DNA of 64,000 nt from Clostridia bacterium. Lineage in GTDB: Bacteria; Bacillota; Clostridia; Oscillospirales; CAG-272. The translations under genes and the position numbers were made by a program. The notes below the pieces were generated by a model. It made no database searches. It had not been told where the DNA came from and saw only the letters and a program-made list of their open reading frames with translations. Positions 9,146-21,045 of the stretch are shown here, in pieces. How positions within the stretch are numbered: position 1 is the stretch's first letter; every line of letters begins with the position of its first letter. Where the stretch lies: positions 19,367 to 83,366 of the forward strand of contig JAFTMJ010000002.1 of the NCBI GenBank assembly GCA_017452475.1. The letters run 5' to 3'.

Positions 9146-11037
9146 TTACTTATAAAATCCAATTTTTGCGTTGGAAAAAGCTCCGTTGCCCTTCAACACA
9201 TAAGATGAATTTGGCGCAAAAACCTTAATTGCCCTGCCGCTATCGTAGCTTTTCAAATCAACATTTGAATCTAAATGGTATTTCTCCTTACCCCTGTTAA
9301 TTACAGTAACCACAAAGCCTGTTTCATTATATCTTGCAAAGGCTAAAAGCTCCGAATTACATTCAATAATTTCAAAAAATCCGTTTTTAAAAATCGTCTC
9401 TTGTGACCTTATTTTTCCAATGTTCCTGTAAAACTCCAAAAGCTCATTATTTTCTTTGCCCCACGGGAACGGCAAACGGTTGAACGGGTCACGGTAACCC
9501 TCCATACCTGCCTCATCACCGTAGTAAATACATGGTACGCCGGGTACGGTTGCAATTATGGTATACGCAAGCTTAAGTAAGCCTACTGCGCGCTTTCTTT
9601 CAGCCGCACTCATCTTTTTGGTGGAAAGCTCTTTGTTGGAAAGTCCGTCACTGCTCTCACCACCCAAAACGGTTAAAATTCGCTCAGTATCGTGAGTACC
9701 AAGCAGATTCATAAGCAAGTCCGCATTGTGCTTTGGGTAATGGGAATACAGCATTTTGCAGGTGTCGTAAAGCATACCGCAATTTCCGTATTTAACATAG
9801 TCGATTACAGCCTCACGCAAGGGATAATTCATAACAGAATCAAGCTCATTTCCAAGGAAATACTTTTTCCTGTTATCATAGGCAATTTTGTTGGATGCAT
9901 CCTCCCAAACCTCACCGTAAACAATACCGTCGGGATTTATGGATTTTAGCTTTTTGTTAAGTGTTTTCAAGAAATCATCGCTTAGCTCATCAGCCACATC
10001 AAGTCTGAAGCCGTCAATGCCCTTTTTCATCCACTTCTCAACAACACCGCCGTCACCCAAAATGTAATTTTGGTAGCTTTCACAATTGCTGTTTACTCTC
10101 GGTAAAATTTTAACATCCCACCAGCACTCGTAATCGTTTGGAAAGCTCCTAAAATTATACCATTCATAATATGGTGAGACTTGGACTGATATGCACCGAC
10201 AGAATCGTAGCTTCCGTTTTTGTTAAAGTAAATACTGTCAGCGCCGGTGTGATTAAATACACCGTCAAAAATAATGTGTATATTTCTCTTTTTCGCTTCA
10301 CAAATAAGCTCCTCAAGGGCTTTTTCAGAGCCAAACATAGAGTCAACGGTCATATAGTCTCCCGTGTCATATTTATGGTTAGAATAAGCATCAAAAATGG
10401 GACTTAAATAGAGGCAGGTAACCCCCAAGCCTTGAATATAGTCAAGCTTTTCAATAATTCCGTACAAATCGCCGCCAAAAAACATATTGTTTTCAACATA
10501 TCCGCCGGGAACATCGGCATATTGAGGTATGCCGTTGTACCAGTCATTATTCATAACAACATTTTCTTTTGGCGTACACTTGCCGCTTTTATTGAACCTA
10601 TCCACAAAAATGTGGTACATAATTCCGCCGTGCATCCACTTGGCGCAGCTGCTTTTCTCTTGATAAATCAGGAGCTGAATCATGCCGCTTGCCCCATCGT
10701 CCAACCTTTCAAGCTCGGAAACCTTTTTACCGTCACCGTAAAAAACACAGCTCGGAGAATCAATTTCATACTTATAGTAGTACAAGCCAACGCCTATTTT
10801 TGACATATCAATTAGGCAAGTGTACACATCACATGAGCCCTCAAAGGCTATCCAATCAAAATCAAACCGTTTGTAATACTTGTTCTCTATGCCCTCACCC
10901 GAGAGGTGCATGCATACAGTGCTTGCACCGCACCTCCTTGGGATAAGAAGCTTAAATAAAACCTTATCATCACAGGAAAAAGCACCAAATGATGTTAAGT
11001 CCTTATTGCCAATATATTTTCTTTCGCTAAATCTCAT
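9146..11037 (-). pseudogene. GH13 alpha-amylase-family enzyme (neopullulanase/cyclomaltodextrinase-like) split by a 1-nt frameshift
   Basis: ORFs 10093..11037 and 9146..10060 are the two halves of one GH13 protein. The N-half carries VDRFN, GGDLYGIIEKLDYIQGLGVTCLYLSPIF and FDGVFNHTG. The C-half carries GFRLDVADE, GEVWED and LGTHDTER. The C-half frame stays open upstream and reads SPYYEWYNFRSFPNDYECWWDVKILPRVNSNCESYQNYILGDGG. The frames switch near 10171..10182. Confidence 0.8.
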
Positions 11038-11040
11038 CGA

Positions 11041-13464
11041 TTACTTAACGCTTGTTAAGTGCCAAATGTTGTCCGCATACTCCTTAATACTTCTGTCAGC
11101 AGCAAAGAAGCCGGACTTCGCAATATTAACAAGCGACATCTTTCCCCATAGTTTTTTGTCATTGTATGCCTTGATAATTTCCTCAGACTTGATATAGTAT
11201 GAGTCAAAGTCAGCAAGACACATATAAGGGTCAGCAACGCCGCCAAAGCCGCCAATTAGGTAGTTAGCGATATTGGAGAACGATACACCGTTAAAGCCCT
11301 TATTTAGGCGGTCTACAGCCTTCTTAATGCGTGTGCTATTGTTGTAGAAATCGATGGAGCGATATCCTCTTTCCCAAAGGTCATCAACCTCTTTAGCTGT
11401 AAGACCGAAGATAAAGATATTGTCATCACCAACAGCATCCTTCATTTCAACATTCGCGCCGTCAAGAGTACCGATGGTCAATGCGCCGTTCATCATAAAC
11501 TTCATACATCCTGTACCGCTTGCTTCCTTACCAGCCAAGGAAATTTGCTCACTGATTTCAGACGCAGGCATCAAAACCTCAGCAGTGCTTACATTGTAGT
11601 CCTCAAGGTAAACAACAGAAAGCTTATCCTTAACCTTAGGATTTTTTCTAATGTCCTCACCAAGGTTCCATATGAGCTTAATAATGTCCTTAGCCATATA
11701 GTATCCGGGAGCAGCCTTGCCGCCGAAAATAAATGTGCGCTTAGTAAATTCTCTTTCGGGATGCTCCTCAATATCAACATAGTAGCAAATTATCTTAAGA
11801 GCATTTAATAGCTGACGCTTATATTCGTGCATTCTCTTAACCTGTACATCAAATACAGAAGAGGTGTCAAGTGAATATCCTGTCTTATTGAAAACATACT
11901 TAGATAGCTTAAGCTTGTTGTTTTCCTTAATTTCAGCCAAGCGCTTGGTAACAGTATCATCACCTACAAACTTCATAAGCTTTTCAAGCTCGCTTGGGTT
12001 TGTAATATAGCCGTCACCAATGCAATCGGTAATCAAGGAAGCAAGCTCGGGGTTAGAATAATTCAGCCACCTTCTGTGGGCAATACCGTTTGTTACATTT
12101 GTAAACTTATTTGGTGATGCCTTATAGAAATCGTGGAATACGGTCTTTTTAAGAATATCTGAGTGAAGCTTAGATACACCGTTAACTGTATGGGAAGCAA
12201 CAACGCTCAAGTTAGCCATTCTTACCTGTGAATAACCAATAATTGACATCTTGGAAATTCTGTCCCAGTCACCGGGGTAAGCCTTCCAAAGATCCTCGCA
12301 AAGGCGACGGTTAATCTCCTTTACAATTGAGTGAATTCTTGGAAGCTTAAAGCTGAACAAATCCTCATTCCAGCACTCAAGCGCCTCCGGCATTACTGTA
12401 TGGTTTGTATAGGAAACAGTCTTAGTAACAATGTACCAAGCATCCTCCCAAGAATAGTTATAAATATCCATTAAAATTCTCATAAGCTCAGGCACGCAAA
12501 GTGCTGGATGAGTATCATTAATATGGATAGCAACCTTGTCTGCAAAGCCTGCCATAGAGCCGTATGCGGCAATGTGATCGCTGATTATACTCTGCAATGA
12601 AGCGGAAACCAAGAAATACTGCTGGCTTAAGCGAAGGAGCTTACCCTCAGTATGCTCATCGGAAGGATAAAGAACCTTAGAAATGACCTCAGCATTGGTT
12701 GTCTGCTGAATAGCCTTAACATACTGTCCCTGTGAGAACAAATTCATATTAAAGTTGGTTACATCGTGTGCCTTCCACAAACGTAGCCTGTTAACGGCAG
12801 TGCCTGCGCCCGAAACCATCATATCGTAAGGGACAGCCTCAACCTCTTCATAGTTCTCGTACTTAATTGCAAGTCTGCCGTTTTCCCATTCTTCCTTAAT
12901 GTGACCGCCAAATCTTACAGTAAACTTCTTGTCTGTTCTTGGAACAAGCCAGGATTCACCGCCGGGAAGCCAAGTGTCCGGCAACTCAACCTGGTTACCG
13001 TCAATAATTTTCTGCTTAAACAAGCCGTATTCATACAAAATTGAGAAACCGTCACCGGGATAGTTCAAGGAAGTCAAAGAGTCCATAAAGCAAGCGGCAA
13101 GTCTGCCAAGACCGCCGTTGCCAAGACCCGGGTCAGGCTCCATCTCGTAGATATCATTTATGTCAAAGCCGTAATCCTTCAACACCTCATCGTAATAGTC
13201 GGCAATGCCAAGATTTCTTAAATTATTCTTCAAAGAACGACCAATTAAAAACTCCATGCAAAGGTAGTAAACCTTCTTTGCCTGTGCCTTCTTAACCTGG
13301 CGTCTAAAGGATGACCTCTTTTGTGTAAGAATATCCTTAACTGTAAGAATCGTTGCCTTATAAACCTGCTCCTTGTTGGCATCCTCAGCGTTAACGCCGA
13401 AATATCTTGAAAGCTTTAGTTCCAACGCTTCCTTAACCGATTCTTTTGAAAAAACTTGATTCAT
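11041..13464 (-). CDS. glgP: Glycogen/maltodextrin phosphorylase
   Basis: 807 aa. GT35 hallmarks include EASGTGCMKFMMNGALTIGTLDGANVE (PLP-lysine region). Confidence 0.95.
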   Translation of the reverse strand: MNQVFSKESVKEALELKLSRYFGVNAEDANKEQVYKATILTVKDILTQKRSSFRRQVKKAQAKKVYYLCMEFLIGRSLKNNLRNLGIADYYDEVLKDYGFDINDIYEMEPDPGLGNGGLGRLAACFMDSLTSLNYPGDGFSILYEYGLFKQKIIDGNQVELPDTWLPGGESWLVPRTDKKFTVRFGGHIKEEWENGRLAIKYENYEEVEAVPYDMMVSGAGTAVNRLRLWKAHDVTNFNMNLFSQGQYVKAIQQTTNAEVISKVLYPSDEHTEGKLLRLSQQYFLVSASLQSIISDHIAAYGSMAGFADKVAIHINDTHPALCVPELMRILMDIYNYSWEDAWYIVTKTVSYTNHTVMPEALECWNEDLFSFKLPRIHSIVKEINRRLCEDLWKAYPGDWDRISKMSIIGYSQVRMANLSVVASHTVNGVSKLHSDILKKTVFHDFYKASPNKFTNVTNGIAHRRWLNYSNPELASLITDCIGDGYITNPSELEKLMKFVGDDTVTKRLAEIKENNKLKLSKYVFNKTGYSLDTSSVFDVQVKRMHEYKRQLLNALKIICYYVDIEEHPEREFTKRTFIFGGKAAPGYYMAKDIIKLIWNLGEDIRKNPKVKDKLSVVYLEDYNVSTAEVLMPASEISEQISLAGKEASGTGCMKFMMNGALTIGTLDGANVEMKDAVGDDNIFIFGLTAKEVDDLWERGYRSIDFYNNSTRIKKAVDRLNKGFNGVSFSNIANYLIGGFGGVADPYMCLADFDSYYIKSEEIIKAYNDKKLWGKMSLVNIAKSGFFAADRSIKEYADNIWHLTSVK

Positions 13465-13526
13465 GAAACAAATCTCCTATGATTAACAACATTATTTTAC
13501 ATTTTTTGCCTAAAAATTAGAATAGA

Positions 13527-13553
13527 CTGTCCCGCAAGCTCCTCACGGGACAG
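13527..13553 (-). other. Stem-loop between glgA and glgP (weak terminator or processing site)
   Basis: CTGTCCCG/CGGGACAG 8-bp stem with an 11-nt loop. The downstream T-run is not adjacent to the stem. Confidence 0.3.
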
Positions 13554-13559
13554 CTAAAC

Positions 13560-14996
13560 TCAATATTCCTTTGACAGCTCTGTATAAAGCTTTATATACT
13601 CTTTAGCGGACACATCCCAAGAGAAGTCTGTTTCCATTACCTTCTTTGTTAGTGCATTCCACTTTTCCTTGTCGCCAAAGAGGGAAACTGCCCTTCCAAC
13701 AGCATCCTTCATCTCATGTGCATTGTAATTAGCAAAGGTAAATCCGTTGCCTTCGCCTGTGTACTCATTATATGGCTTAATTGTGTCATATAATCCGCCT
13801 GTTTCTCTAACAACAGGAATAGCACCGTAAACAGATGAAATCATTTGAGAAAGACCGCAAGGCTCACTCTTGGATGGCATTAAAAAAATGTCAGAGCCTG
13901 CATAGATTTTCTTAGATAAGTCCTTGTTGAACTCAAGGAAAATCTTAACCTGGTCCGGGTATCTGTACTGAATTGTCTTAAAGTACTCCTCAAGCTCACG
14001 CTCACCCGTGCCAAGGAGCACGAACTGGATACCGAGGTTAAGCATCTCGGGTAGAATGAACTTAACAAGGTCAAAGCCCTTGTGGGCAGCAAGCCTTGAA
14101 ATCATTGATACAACAGGAACACCTGCATCCTGCTTCAAGCCGCACATTTCCTGCAATACTCTCTTACATTCAGCCTTACCCTTAAGATTATTAGAGTCAA
14201 ATTTAGATGCAATTACTTCGTCATTCTTAGGATTATAATAATTTACATCAATACCGTTAACAATACCGGAAAGCTTGCCGCCGTATAGATGCAAAACATA
14301 GTGCAGGCCGCTTGAATAGAACTCAGTTTGAATTTCCTCGGCATACCTTTGGCTTACCGTTGAAATTCTGTCGGTACAAACAAGAGCGCCCTTTGTAAGA
14401 TTAATGCATCCATTGTACTCAACAATGCTCCTGTCATCATTGTCAAGACCGAAAACATCACCCAAAATAGACATTGAGAATATACCCTGGTAATCTATAT
14501 TATGGATAGTGTAAATTGTTTTTATGTCACGGTAATAGGGCTCAAGATAGTACTTTCTCTTAAGGTAAATTACAGACATAGCACTCTGCCAGTCATTCGT
14601 GTGCAAAATGTCCGGATAGAAATCTATTAACGGCATAACATCAAGCACTGCCTTGCCATAGAATGCAAAGCGCTCTGCGTCGTCAAAATCGCCATAAACA
14701 GAATCTCTTTTGAAATAGTACTCATTATCAACGAAGTAATAGGTTACGCCATTATTTTCGCACTTAAACAAGCCGCAATACTGCTTTCTCCAGGAAAGCT
14801 CAACGGTAGTATACCCAACATATTCAAGTGTACCCGCAAACTTTTCCTTAATTTTTTTATAAAGCGGAAGAATAACACGCACATCCATCTTTGGATTAGC
14901 AGCCTTAACAGCCTGTGGAAGTGAGCCTAATACATCACCAAGACCACCGGTTGAAACATAAGGAACAGCCTCCGCGCCAACAAATAGTAGCTTCAT
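13560..14996 (-). CDS. glgA: Glycogen synthase (ADP-glucose type)
   Basis: 478 aa. N-terminal KLLFVGAEAVPYVSTGGLGDV and a GT5 C-terminal SKSEPCGLSQM region. Confidence 0.95.
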   Translation of the reverse strand: MKLLFVGAEAVPYVSTGGLGDVLGSLPQAVKAANPKMDVRVILPLYKKIKEKFAGTLEYVGYTTVELSWRKQYCGLFKCENNGVTYYFVDNEYYFKRDSVYGDFDDAERFAFYGKAVLDVMPLIDFYPDILHTNDWQSAMSVIYLKRKYYLEPYYRDIKTIYTIHNIDYQGIFSMSILGDVFGLDNDDRSIVEYNGCINLTKGALVCTDRISTVSQRYAEEIQTEFYSSGLHYVLHLYGGKLSGIVNGIDVNYYNPKNDEVIASKFDSNNLKGKAECKRVLQEMCGLKQDAGVPVVSMISRLAAHKGFDLVKFILPEMLNLGIQFVLLGTGERELEEYFKTIQYRYPDQVKIFLEFNKDLSKKIYAGSDIFLMPSKSEPCGLSQMISSVYGAIPVVRETGGLYDTIKPYNEYTGEGNGFTFANYNAHEMKDAVGRAVSLFGDKEKWNALTKKVMETDFSWDVSAKEYIKLYTELSKEY

Positions 14997-15007
14997 ATTA
15001 TTTCTCC

Positions 15008-16141
15008 TTAAATCATCTTTCCTTTTGCAAGATAGAACGGTAATGTTTCATCGCCCGAAAGATTCTTGTTATCTCTGATTACAACATTCTTGTCGGCAAT
15101 TACGCAATTTAGCTTAACATTTTCGCCTGTAAATGTATCCTGGAACAAAATACTGTTCTTAACAACGGTTCCCTTGCCAATCTTTGTGCCTCTAAAGATA
15201 ATAGAGTTCTCTACCTCACCGAAGATTTGACATCCGTCTGCAATCAAGGAGTTCTTAACCTTTGCGTCAGGACTGTAGTAGGTTGGGGCAGAATTTCTGA
15301 CCTTTGTATAGATAGGTCTGTTCTTAACTCCAAACAACTGAGCTCTTACATCACTGTCATTAATAAGCTCCATGCTTGATGCATAATAATCCTGTGAAGA
15401 GGAAATACAAGCAAAATATCCGTCATACCTGTATGTACGGTAAACCTTACGGTCAAGATTTTTTAAAAGAATATCCTTTGTCAAGCTTGTATAGTTGTGC
15501 GCAATAGCATCAAGAACTATTTCCTGTAAATACTGCCTGTGCATAACCATAATGTTAAGGTTGATATCAGCTTCTCCCTCAAAATTGGTCAAGCCTGCCT
15601 TAACATCTGTAATTCTTCCGTTTTCATCGGAATCAACAAGAACATTAATCTTTGCCTTTTCCTTTGTTAAAGAAACCCTCTTAACCGCAATAGTGATATC
15701 TGCGCCGTTTTCAATATGGTTCTTAATCATATCCTTCAAATCAACATTGCAAATAACATCACAGTCAGACAAAACAACATAATCATCGGGAATCTTGCTA
15801 ATAGAATTAAACACACTCTTTAATGCCTCTAACCTTGTACTGTACAAGGAATTAGAGCTGTTAGCATAAGCAGTGATAAACGGTGGCAATATCTTAATAC
15901 CGCCGGATCTTCTTGCTAAATCCCAATCCTTACCTGAGCCGATGTGGTCCATCAAGGACTGATAATTATAATGTGTGATTACGCTTACATTGCTGATATT
16001 GGAGTTAACCATATTAGAAAGTGTAAAGTCGATAAGTCTGTATCTACAGCCAAAGGGAACAGAAGCCATTGTCCTGTTTCTTGTTAGCTCCGGTATGTTT
16101 GTATCGTGAATATTTGAAAAAATAATTCCTGCAGCTGACAT
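15008..16141 (-). CDS. glgD: Glucose-1-phosphate adenylyltransferase subunit GlgD
   Basis: 377 aa. It is a paralog of GlgC without the GGxGxRL motif, sits between glgC and glgA as in Firmicutes glgBCDAP operons, and has a left-handed beta-helix-like C-terminus. Confidence 0.85.
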   Translation of the reverse strand: MSAAGIIFSNIHDTNIPELTRNRTMASVPFGCRYRLIDFTLSNMVNSNISNVSVITHYNYQSLMDHIGSGKDWDLARRSGGIKILPPFITAYANSSNSLYSTRLEALKSVFNSISKIPDDYVVLSDCDVICNVDLKDMIKNHIENGADITIAVKRVSLTKEKAKINVLVDSDENGRITDVKAGLTNFEGEADINLNIMVMHRQYLQEIVLDAIAHNYTSLTKDILLKNLDRKVYRTYRYDGYFACISSSQDYYASSMELINDSDVRAQLFGVKNRPIYTKVRNSAPTYYSPDAKVKNSLIADGCQIFGEVENSIIFRGTKIGKGTVVKNSILFQDTFTGENVKLNCVIADKNVVIRDNKNLSGDETLPFYLAKGKMI

Positions 16142-16156
16142 ATTCTCTCCTCCCCC

Positions 16157-17371
16157 TTATTTCAAAATAACGGAAACACCGTCAACAGAATCGTTATTGA
16201 TCATTGCGTCTGAAGCGATTATAACATTCGGCTCAACACATAAGCCACTTCCAACAACGGCTATGCCCTTAGCACTCGCTTTGTCCTCACCAACAACTGC
16301 ATTTTCGGAAATAATGCTATCGCCGTCAATGATTGAATAGTTAACAACCGCGCCTGCTTTAATTACAGTGCCGCTCATAATAACGGAATCCTTAACAACC
16401 GCGCCCTTTTCCACAACAACTCCGTTTGAAAGAACGCTATGCTCAACCGTACCCTGAATATCACAGCCCTCAGAAACAATTGAGTTAGACACAATTGCGT
16501 TTTCGCCGATGTGATGCGGTGGCTCTGCATAGTTCCTTGAAAAAATTCTCCACTTCTTATCGTGGATGTTAAACTCGGGGTTCTCACCGAGGAGGTCCAT
16601 ATTTGCCTCCCAAAGGCTGCTAATGGTTCCAACATCCTTCCAATAGCCCTCAAATGGATAAGCATACATGCTCATACCGTCACTAAGCATATTTGGAATA
16701 ATATTCTTACCGAAGTCGTTGCTTGAGCCCGGAGTATTTTCATCATCTATCAAATACTTCTCAAGCACCTTACGGCTGAATATGTAGATACCCATTGAAG
16801 CCTTTGTGCTTGTTGGGTTCTTTGGTTTTTCTTGGAATTCCGTAATCTTTCCTGTTTCATCAGTTACCATAATACCAAAGCGGCTAGCCTCTGAAAGAGG
16901 AACCTCAAGAACTGCAATTGTACAGTCTGCGCCTGTAGCCTTGTGAGCCTTAAGCATTGCATTATAATCCATTTTATAAATGTGGTCGCCTGAAAGTATA
17001 AGGACATAGTCAGGGTCATATCTTCTTATAAAGTCAAGGTTTTGATAGATGGCATTTGCAGTACCCTTATACCAGTCCGCGCCATTTTTACCTTGATATG
17101 GGGGAAGCACCATAACGCCTCCACTCATTCTGTCCAAATCCCAAGGCTGACCGTTACCGATATACTCGTTGAGTACAAGGGGCTGGTACTGTGTTAAAAC
17201 ACCAACAGTGTCAATTCCCGAGTTGATGCAGTTTGACATAGGAAAGTCAATAATTTTATACTTACTTCCAAAGGTTACAGCAGGTTTTGCCGTCTTCTCT
17301 GTTAAAGCATAAAGTCTGCTTCCCTGTCCACCTGCGAGTAGCATCGCAACACATTCTTTTTTCTTGTACAT
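16157..17371 (-). CDS. glgC: Glucose-1-phosphate adenylyltransferase
   Basis: 404 aa with [31 protein letters not shown] and a hexapeptide-repeat C-terminus. Confidence 0.95.
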   Translation of the reverse strand: MYKKKECVAMLLAGGQGSRLYALTEKTAKPAVTFGSKYKIIDFPMSNCINSGIDTVGVLTQYQPLVLNEYIGNGQPWDLDRMSGGVMVLPPYQGKNGADWYKGTANAIYQNLDFIRRYDPDYVLILSGDHIYKMDYNAMLKAHKATGADCTIAVLEVPLSEASRFGIMVTDETGKITEFQEKPKNPTSTKASMGIYIFSRKVLEKYLIDDENTPGSSNDFGKNIIPNMLSDGMSMYAYPFEGYWKDVGTISSLWEANMDLLGENPEFNIHDKKWRIFSRNYAEPPHHIGENAIVSNSIVSEGCDIQGTVEHSVLSNGVVVEKGAVVKDSVIMSGTVIKAGAVVNYSIIDGDSIISENAVVGEDKASAKGIAVVGSGLCVEPNVIIASDAMINNDSVDGVSVILK

Positions 17372-17373
17372 AC

Positions 17374-19344
17374 CTATACTCTCCTTGCCCTTCCGTTAAT
17401 TTTGCGGAAAACAACTCCGCTCAACGCCGGAAGATTTATTTTAATATAATTTATTTCTTTGCCGGACTGATTTTGGTATTTTGCTGTTTTGATTATTTCG
17501 CTATTTAATAATCCTCTTCCTCCAAAGCGCTCCTCATCGGATGATAGCACCTCCTTATACTTTCCGGGTGTGTCAACATCGATTTGATAATCATACCTTG
17601 ATATCGGAGAAAAATTAATAACAATAATTAGTTCAGAGCCATCAATCGCCTTTCGCTTATAGGAAATAACATTGTTATCACCATCATTGGCATTTATCCA
17701 TTCGTAGCCATCCCAGGAGGTATCAATCTCCCAAAGCTGCTTGTTCTCAAGATAAAAATTGTTAAGCTCAGCGATATAGTCTTGCATTTCCTTATGCCTT
17801 GGGTAATCAAGCATGAACCATTCAAGCTGATTTTCATAATCCCACTCACGGAACTGGGCAAACTCAGTACCCATAAATGTCATTTTCTTTCCCGGAGTGG
17901 TCATCATATAAGTCATAAATGCGCGCATTGTGGCAAACTTATCATCGTAAAATGCACCGTACATTTTATCTATTAATGATTTTTTGCCGTGTACAACCTC
18001 ATCGTGCGACACAGGCTGTATATAGTTTTCATTAAAAGCATACATCATAGGAAATGTTAGCTTTTCATGCTTAAATTTACGGTATACCGGGTCAAGAGCA
18101 ACATATTCATACATATCATTTGCCCAACCCATATTCCACTTAAAGTTAAACCCAAGTCCACCTTGATAAACAGGCTTTGTAATCATTGGCCAGTCGGTTG
18201 ACTCCTCAGCAATCATTAAGGTGTCCCAATACTCCTTAAAAATTGCTGTGCTAAGCTTTTTAAAGAAAGCAAGTGACTCCTTGTTTTGGTTGCCCCCGTC
18301 CTCGTTTGGCACCCATTCGCCCGGGTCCTTATCAAAGTCAAGATAAAGCATTGCCGCAACAGCATCTACACGCAAGCCGTCAACATGATACTCCCTTAAC
18401 CAAAACAGAGCATTGGAAATCAAAAAGGACTGTACCTCTTCCCTGCCTACGTCAAAAAACCTTGTGCCCCACACCTTATGCTCCATGCGGTCATAGCCTT
18501 GGTACTCATAAAGGGGTTGTCCGTCAAATTCATATAAGCCGTGTGCATCCTTTGGAAAATGAGCAGGAACCCAGTCTAAAATAACTCCGATACCGCATTC
18601 GTGCATCTTATTAACGAAGTACATAAAGTCCTTTGGCTCGCCAAACCTTGATGTCGGCGCGTAATATCCCGTCACCTGATAGCCCCAAGAGCCATCAAAG
18701 GGATGCTCCATAACAGGCATAAGCTCCACGTGAGTGTAACCCATTTTTTTAAGGTAAGGAGCTAAATCATCAGCTATCTCTCTGTAATTTAAGTAGTTAT
18801 TACCATCGCTTGTGCTTTTACCGTCCCTTGTTTTCCAAGAGCCAAGATGCATTTCATAAATATTAAGCGGCGCTGAATAGTAATATTGCTCAGCAGGGGT
18901 GCCTCCGTGTTTGTTAAAAAAGCTTTTCCTAAACTTAATCCAGTTTTCGTCATTCCACTCGAAGTCATCAATGCTTGCAACAATTGATGCGGTATTCAAA
19001 TGAGTTTGAGAATGGAATGCATATGGGTCAGCCTTGTAGTATGCGTTTCCTCTGTTCCAAATCTTATACTTATAGAACTTACCGATATATCTCTTTTTAG
19101 ACCGAACCTCAAGCTCCCAAATTCCCGCATCGGTAATTCTGTTCATAGCCTCGCCAATGTCCCAAGAGGTAAAGTCTGAAACCAGCCTAACGCTATCGGC
19201 ATTCGGTGCCCAAACGCGGAAGGTGTATGCATATTCGCCCTCAAGCTTTTGCTCGTGGCATCCCAAATAGTCATACGCATTGTAATTAGTGCCCTGGTGA
19301 AAATAGTAGGCTGCTAAATTTGTTGCTTTGTTGTCATCGTGCAT
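17374..19344 (-). CDS. glgB: 1,4-alpha-glucan branching enzyme
   Basis: 656 aa with GH13 regions [16 protein letters not shown] and MIAEEST. Confidence 0.95.
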   Translation of the reverse strand: MHDDNKATNLAAYYFHQGTNYNAYDYLGCHEQKLEGEYAYTFRVWAPNADSVRLVSDFTSWDIGEAMNRITDAGIWELEVRSKKRYIGKFYKYKIWNRGNAYYKADPYAFHSQTHLNTASIVASIDDFEWNDENWIKFRKSFFNKHGGTPAEQYYYSAPLNIYEMHLGSWKTRDGKSTSDGNNYLNYREIADDLAPYLKKMGYTHVELMPVMEHPFDGSWGYQVTGYYAPTSRFGEPKDFMYFVNKMHECGIGVILDWVPAHFPKDAHGLYEFDGQPLYEYQGYDRMEHKVWGTRFFDVGREEVQSFLISNALFWLREYHVDGLRVDAVAAMLYLDFDKDPGEWVPNEDGGNQNKESLAFFKKLSTAIFKEYWDTLMIAEESTDWPMITKPVYQGGLGFNFKWNMGWANDMYEYVALDPVYRKFKHEKLTFPMMYAFNENYIQPVSHDEVVHGKKSLIDKMYGAFYDDKFATMRAFMTYMMTTPGKKMTFMGTEFAQFREWDYENQLEWFMLDYPRHKEMQDYIAELNNFYLENKQLWEIDTSWDGYEWINANDGDNNVISYKRKAIDGSELIIVINFSPISRYDYQIDVDTPGKYKEVLSSDEERFGGRGLLNSEIIKTAKYQNQSGKEINYIKINLPALSGVVFRKINGRARRV

Positions 19345-19377
19345 ACACTTTGTTTCTCCTTATGGATTTATACTTAT

Positions 19378-19406
19378 ATTATATTGCTTTTATTCTTTAT
19401 TTTCAA
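19378..19406 (-). promoter_or_regulatory. Sigma-A-type promoter of the glg operon
   Basis: Minus strand has TTGAAA (19406..19401), a 17-nt spacer, then TATAAT (19383..19378). Confidence 0.6.
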
Positions 19407-19470
19407 TACCTTATTAGATAAAATATTAAAAAAAGTTTACAATTTTCGCTTTTTTATTGAATTTTATTGC

Positions 19471-19503
19471 ATAAAAAAACAAAAAAGGCATAAAATGCCT
19501 TTA
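19471..19503 (-). terminator. Intrinsic terminator after the GNAT gene
   Basis: Minus strand has an AAAGGCA/TGCCTTT stem that overlaps the stop codon, followed by TTTTGTTTTTTT. Confidence 0.6.
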
Positions 19504-20082
19504 ATTATACTTGTTTTGTAAAACATATTCTCTTTTTAAAATTGAAGCCACGCCAACTGTTTTATATTTTCCCTTGACAAAAATAGACTCTCTGTAATAT
19601 CCTTCAAGCTTCATCCCTATTTTTTTCATTACATTTAAGCTCGCATCATTGCCATACATAAATTTTGCTTCAACACGGTTAACGCCCAAGTTTTCAAAGG
19701 CGAATTGCACCACTCTTTTTGCTGCTTCGGTTGCTAAGCCGCAGCCCCAAAAGTCAGGGTTTAAAACATATCCGATTTCTGCAACCTTGTTCTGCTCATC
19801 AATCCTTGTAAAGCCGCAGGTGCCAATCATTTTTTTGCTTTCCTTATGAACAATTGCCCAGTCCTGATATTCACCAATCTTGTATTTTGCCAAAATAATA
19901 TCAATAAACTTTTTTGTATATTCTACGCTTGTGTGGGGTGACCAAAGTAAATACTGAGATGTTCTCGGGTTAGAGGAATACTCATAAACGTCTTTAACAT
20001 CTGAACGCTTGATAGACCTGAATTTCAGTCTTTCGGTTTCAAGCTCGGGCATTTTTGGAAACAGCCTTGAAAAGAAGCCCAT
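19501..20082 (-). CDS. GNAT family N-acetyltransferase (RimJ/RimL-like)
   Basis: 193 aa. N-terminal ETERLKFRSIKRSDVKDVYEY and a core matching acetyl-CoA-binding GNAT folds (GCGLATEAAKRVVQFAF). Confidence 0.8.
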   Translation of the reverse strand: MGFFSRLFPKMPELETERLKFRSIKRSDVKDVYEYSSNPRTSQYLLWSPHTSVEYTKKFIDIILAKYKIGEYQDWAIVHKESKKMIGTCGFTRIDEQNKVAEIGYVLNPDFWGCGLATEAAKRVVQFAFENLGVNRVEAKFMYGNDASLNVMKKIGMKLEGYYRESIFVKGKYKTVGVASILKREYVLQNKYN

Positions 20083-20233
20083 ATTTATTCCTCCTTTGAT
20101 TTAATTACCTAAATTATACAACAACATAGGCGGGTAGTCAACATTAAATTTACAATTTTTTTGCGTTTTGTGTTGCCTTTGCATTTCATTTGTGTTAAAA
20201 TAATGTATATTAAATTTTAGAAGGTGATTTTTC

Positions 20234-21034
20234 TTGAAAAATATACTTTTCATAGGTGCAGGCAATATGGCATCCGCAATTGTTGGCGGAATAATTCGCG
20301 CATCCTTGGTATCCCCAAAAAATGTACACTTGTATGACAAAAATACCGCACAGTATGAGCGCTTTGACAGTGGGTGCATCCACGCAAAGGATTTAGAAAG
20401 CTCCTTTGAATTGGCTGACTATGTTTTTCTTTCGATAAAGCCGCAAAATATTAAGGAAATTTTATCCTTACTTAAAGAGCTTGACTATAAAAATAAGGTT
20501 TTCGTTTCCATATGCGCAGGAATAACAATATCCTCAATTGAAAACCAGCTTAGTGGCGCAAAAATAGTTCGCACAATGCCGAACACTCCGCTTTTAATCG
20601 GTCAAGGTGTTACTGCTATATGTAAAAATGAAAATGTTTCAAGCAATGAGTTTGAATTCGTAAAATCCATATTCTCCTCCTCAGGATATGTAACCGAAAT
20701 TGAGGAAAAGGATATAAACGCTTTAACCGCAATTACCTCAAGCTCTCCTGCTTACATTTACTTGTTTGCTAAAGCGCTTGAAGAGGGGGCAAAAACATTA
20801 AGCTTTAATTACAGTGACACTTTAAGAATGATTTGTCAAACCCTAATCGGCTCAGCCAATATGATTTTGTCAAGCAACAAATCTCTTGATGACCTTATCA
20901 GCATGGTTAAATCTCCCAACGGCACGACGGAAAGGGCTTTAAATGTTTTGGAAAACAAGGGCTTAGTCGATATTGTTGTTGAGGCAATGGTTGCCTGCGA
21001 AAAACGGGCCGATGAATTATCCAAACTAAATTAA
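20234..21034 (+). CDS. proC: Pyrroline-5-carboxylate reductase (TTG start)
   Basis: 266 aa with the dinucleotide-binding motif ILFIGAGNMASAIVGG and a C-terminal SPNGTTERAL motif. SD AGAAGGTGA lies upstream of the TTG. Confidence 0.9.
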   Translation: MKNILFIGAGNMASAIVGGIIRASLVSPKNVHLYDKNTAQYERFDSGCIHAKDLESSFELADYVFLSIKPQNIKEILSLLKELDYKNKVFVSICAGITISSIENQLSGAKIVRTMPNTPLLIGQGVTAICKNENVSSNEFEFVKSIFSSSGYVTEIEEKDINALTAITSSSPAYIYLFAKALEEGAKTLSFNYSDTLRMICQTLIGSANMILSSNKSLDDLISMVKSPNGTTERALNVLENKGLVDIVVEAMVACEKRADELSKLN

Positions 21035-21045
21035 GGAGTAACTTA

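Noticed and set aside
20101-20379. 92-aa minus-strand ORF overlapping the proC start
   Set aside because: It is antisense to proC and its promoter region and has no supporting signals.
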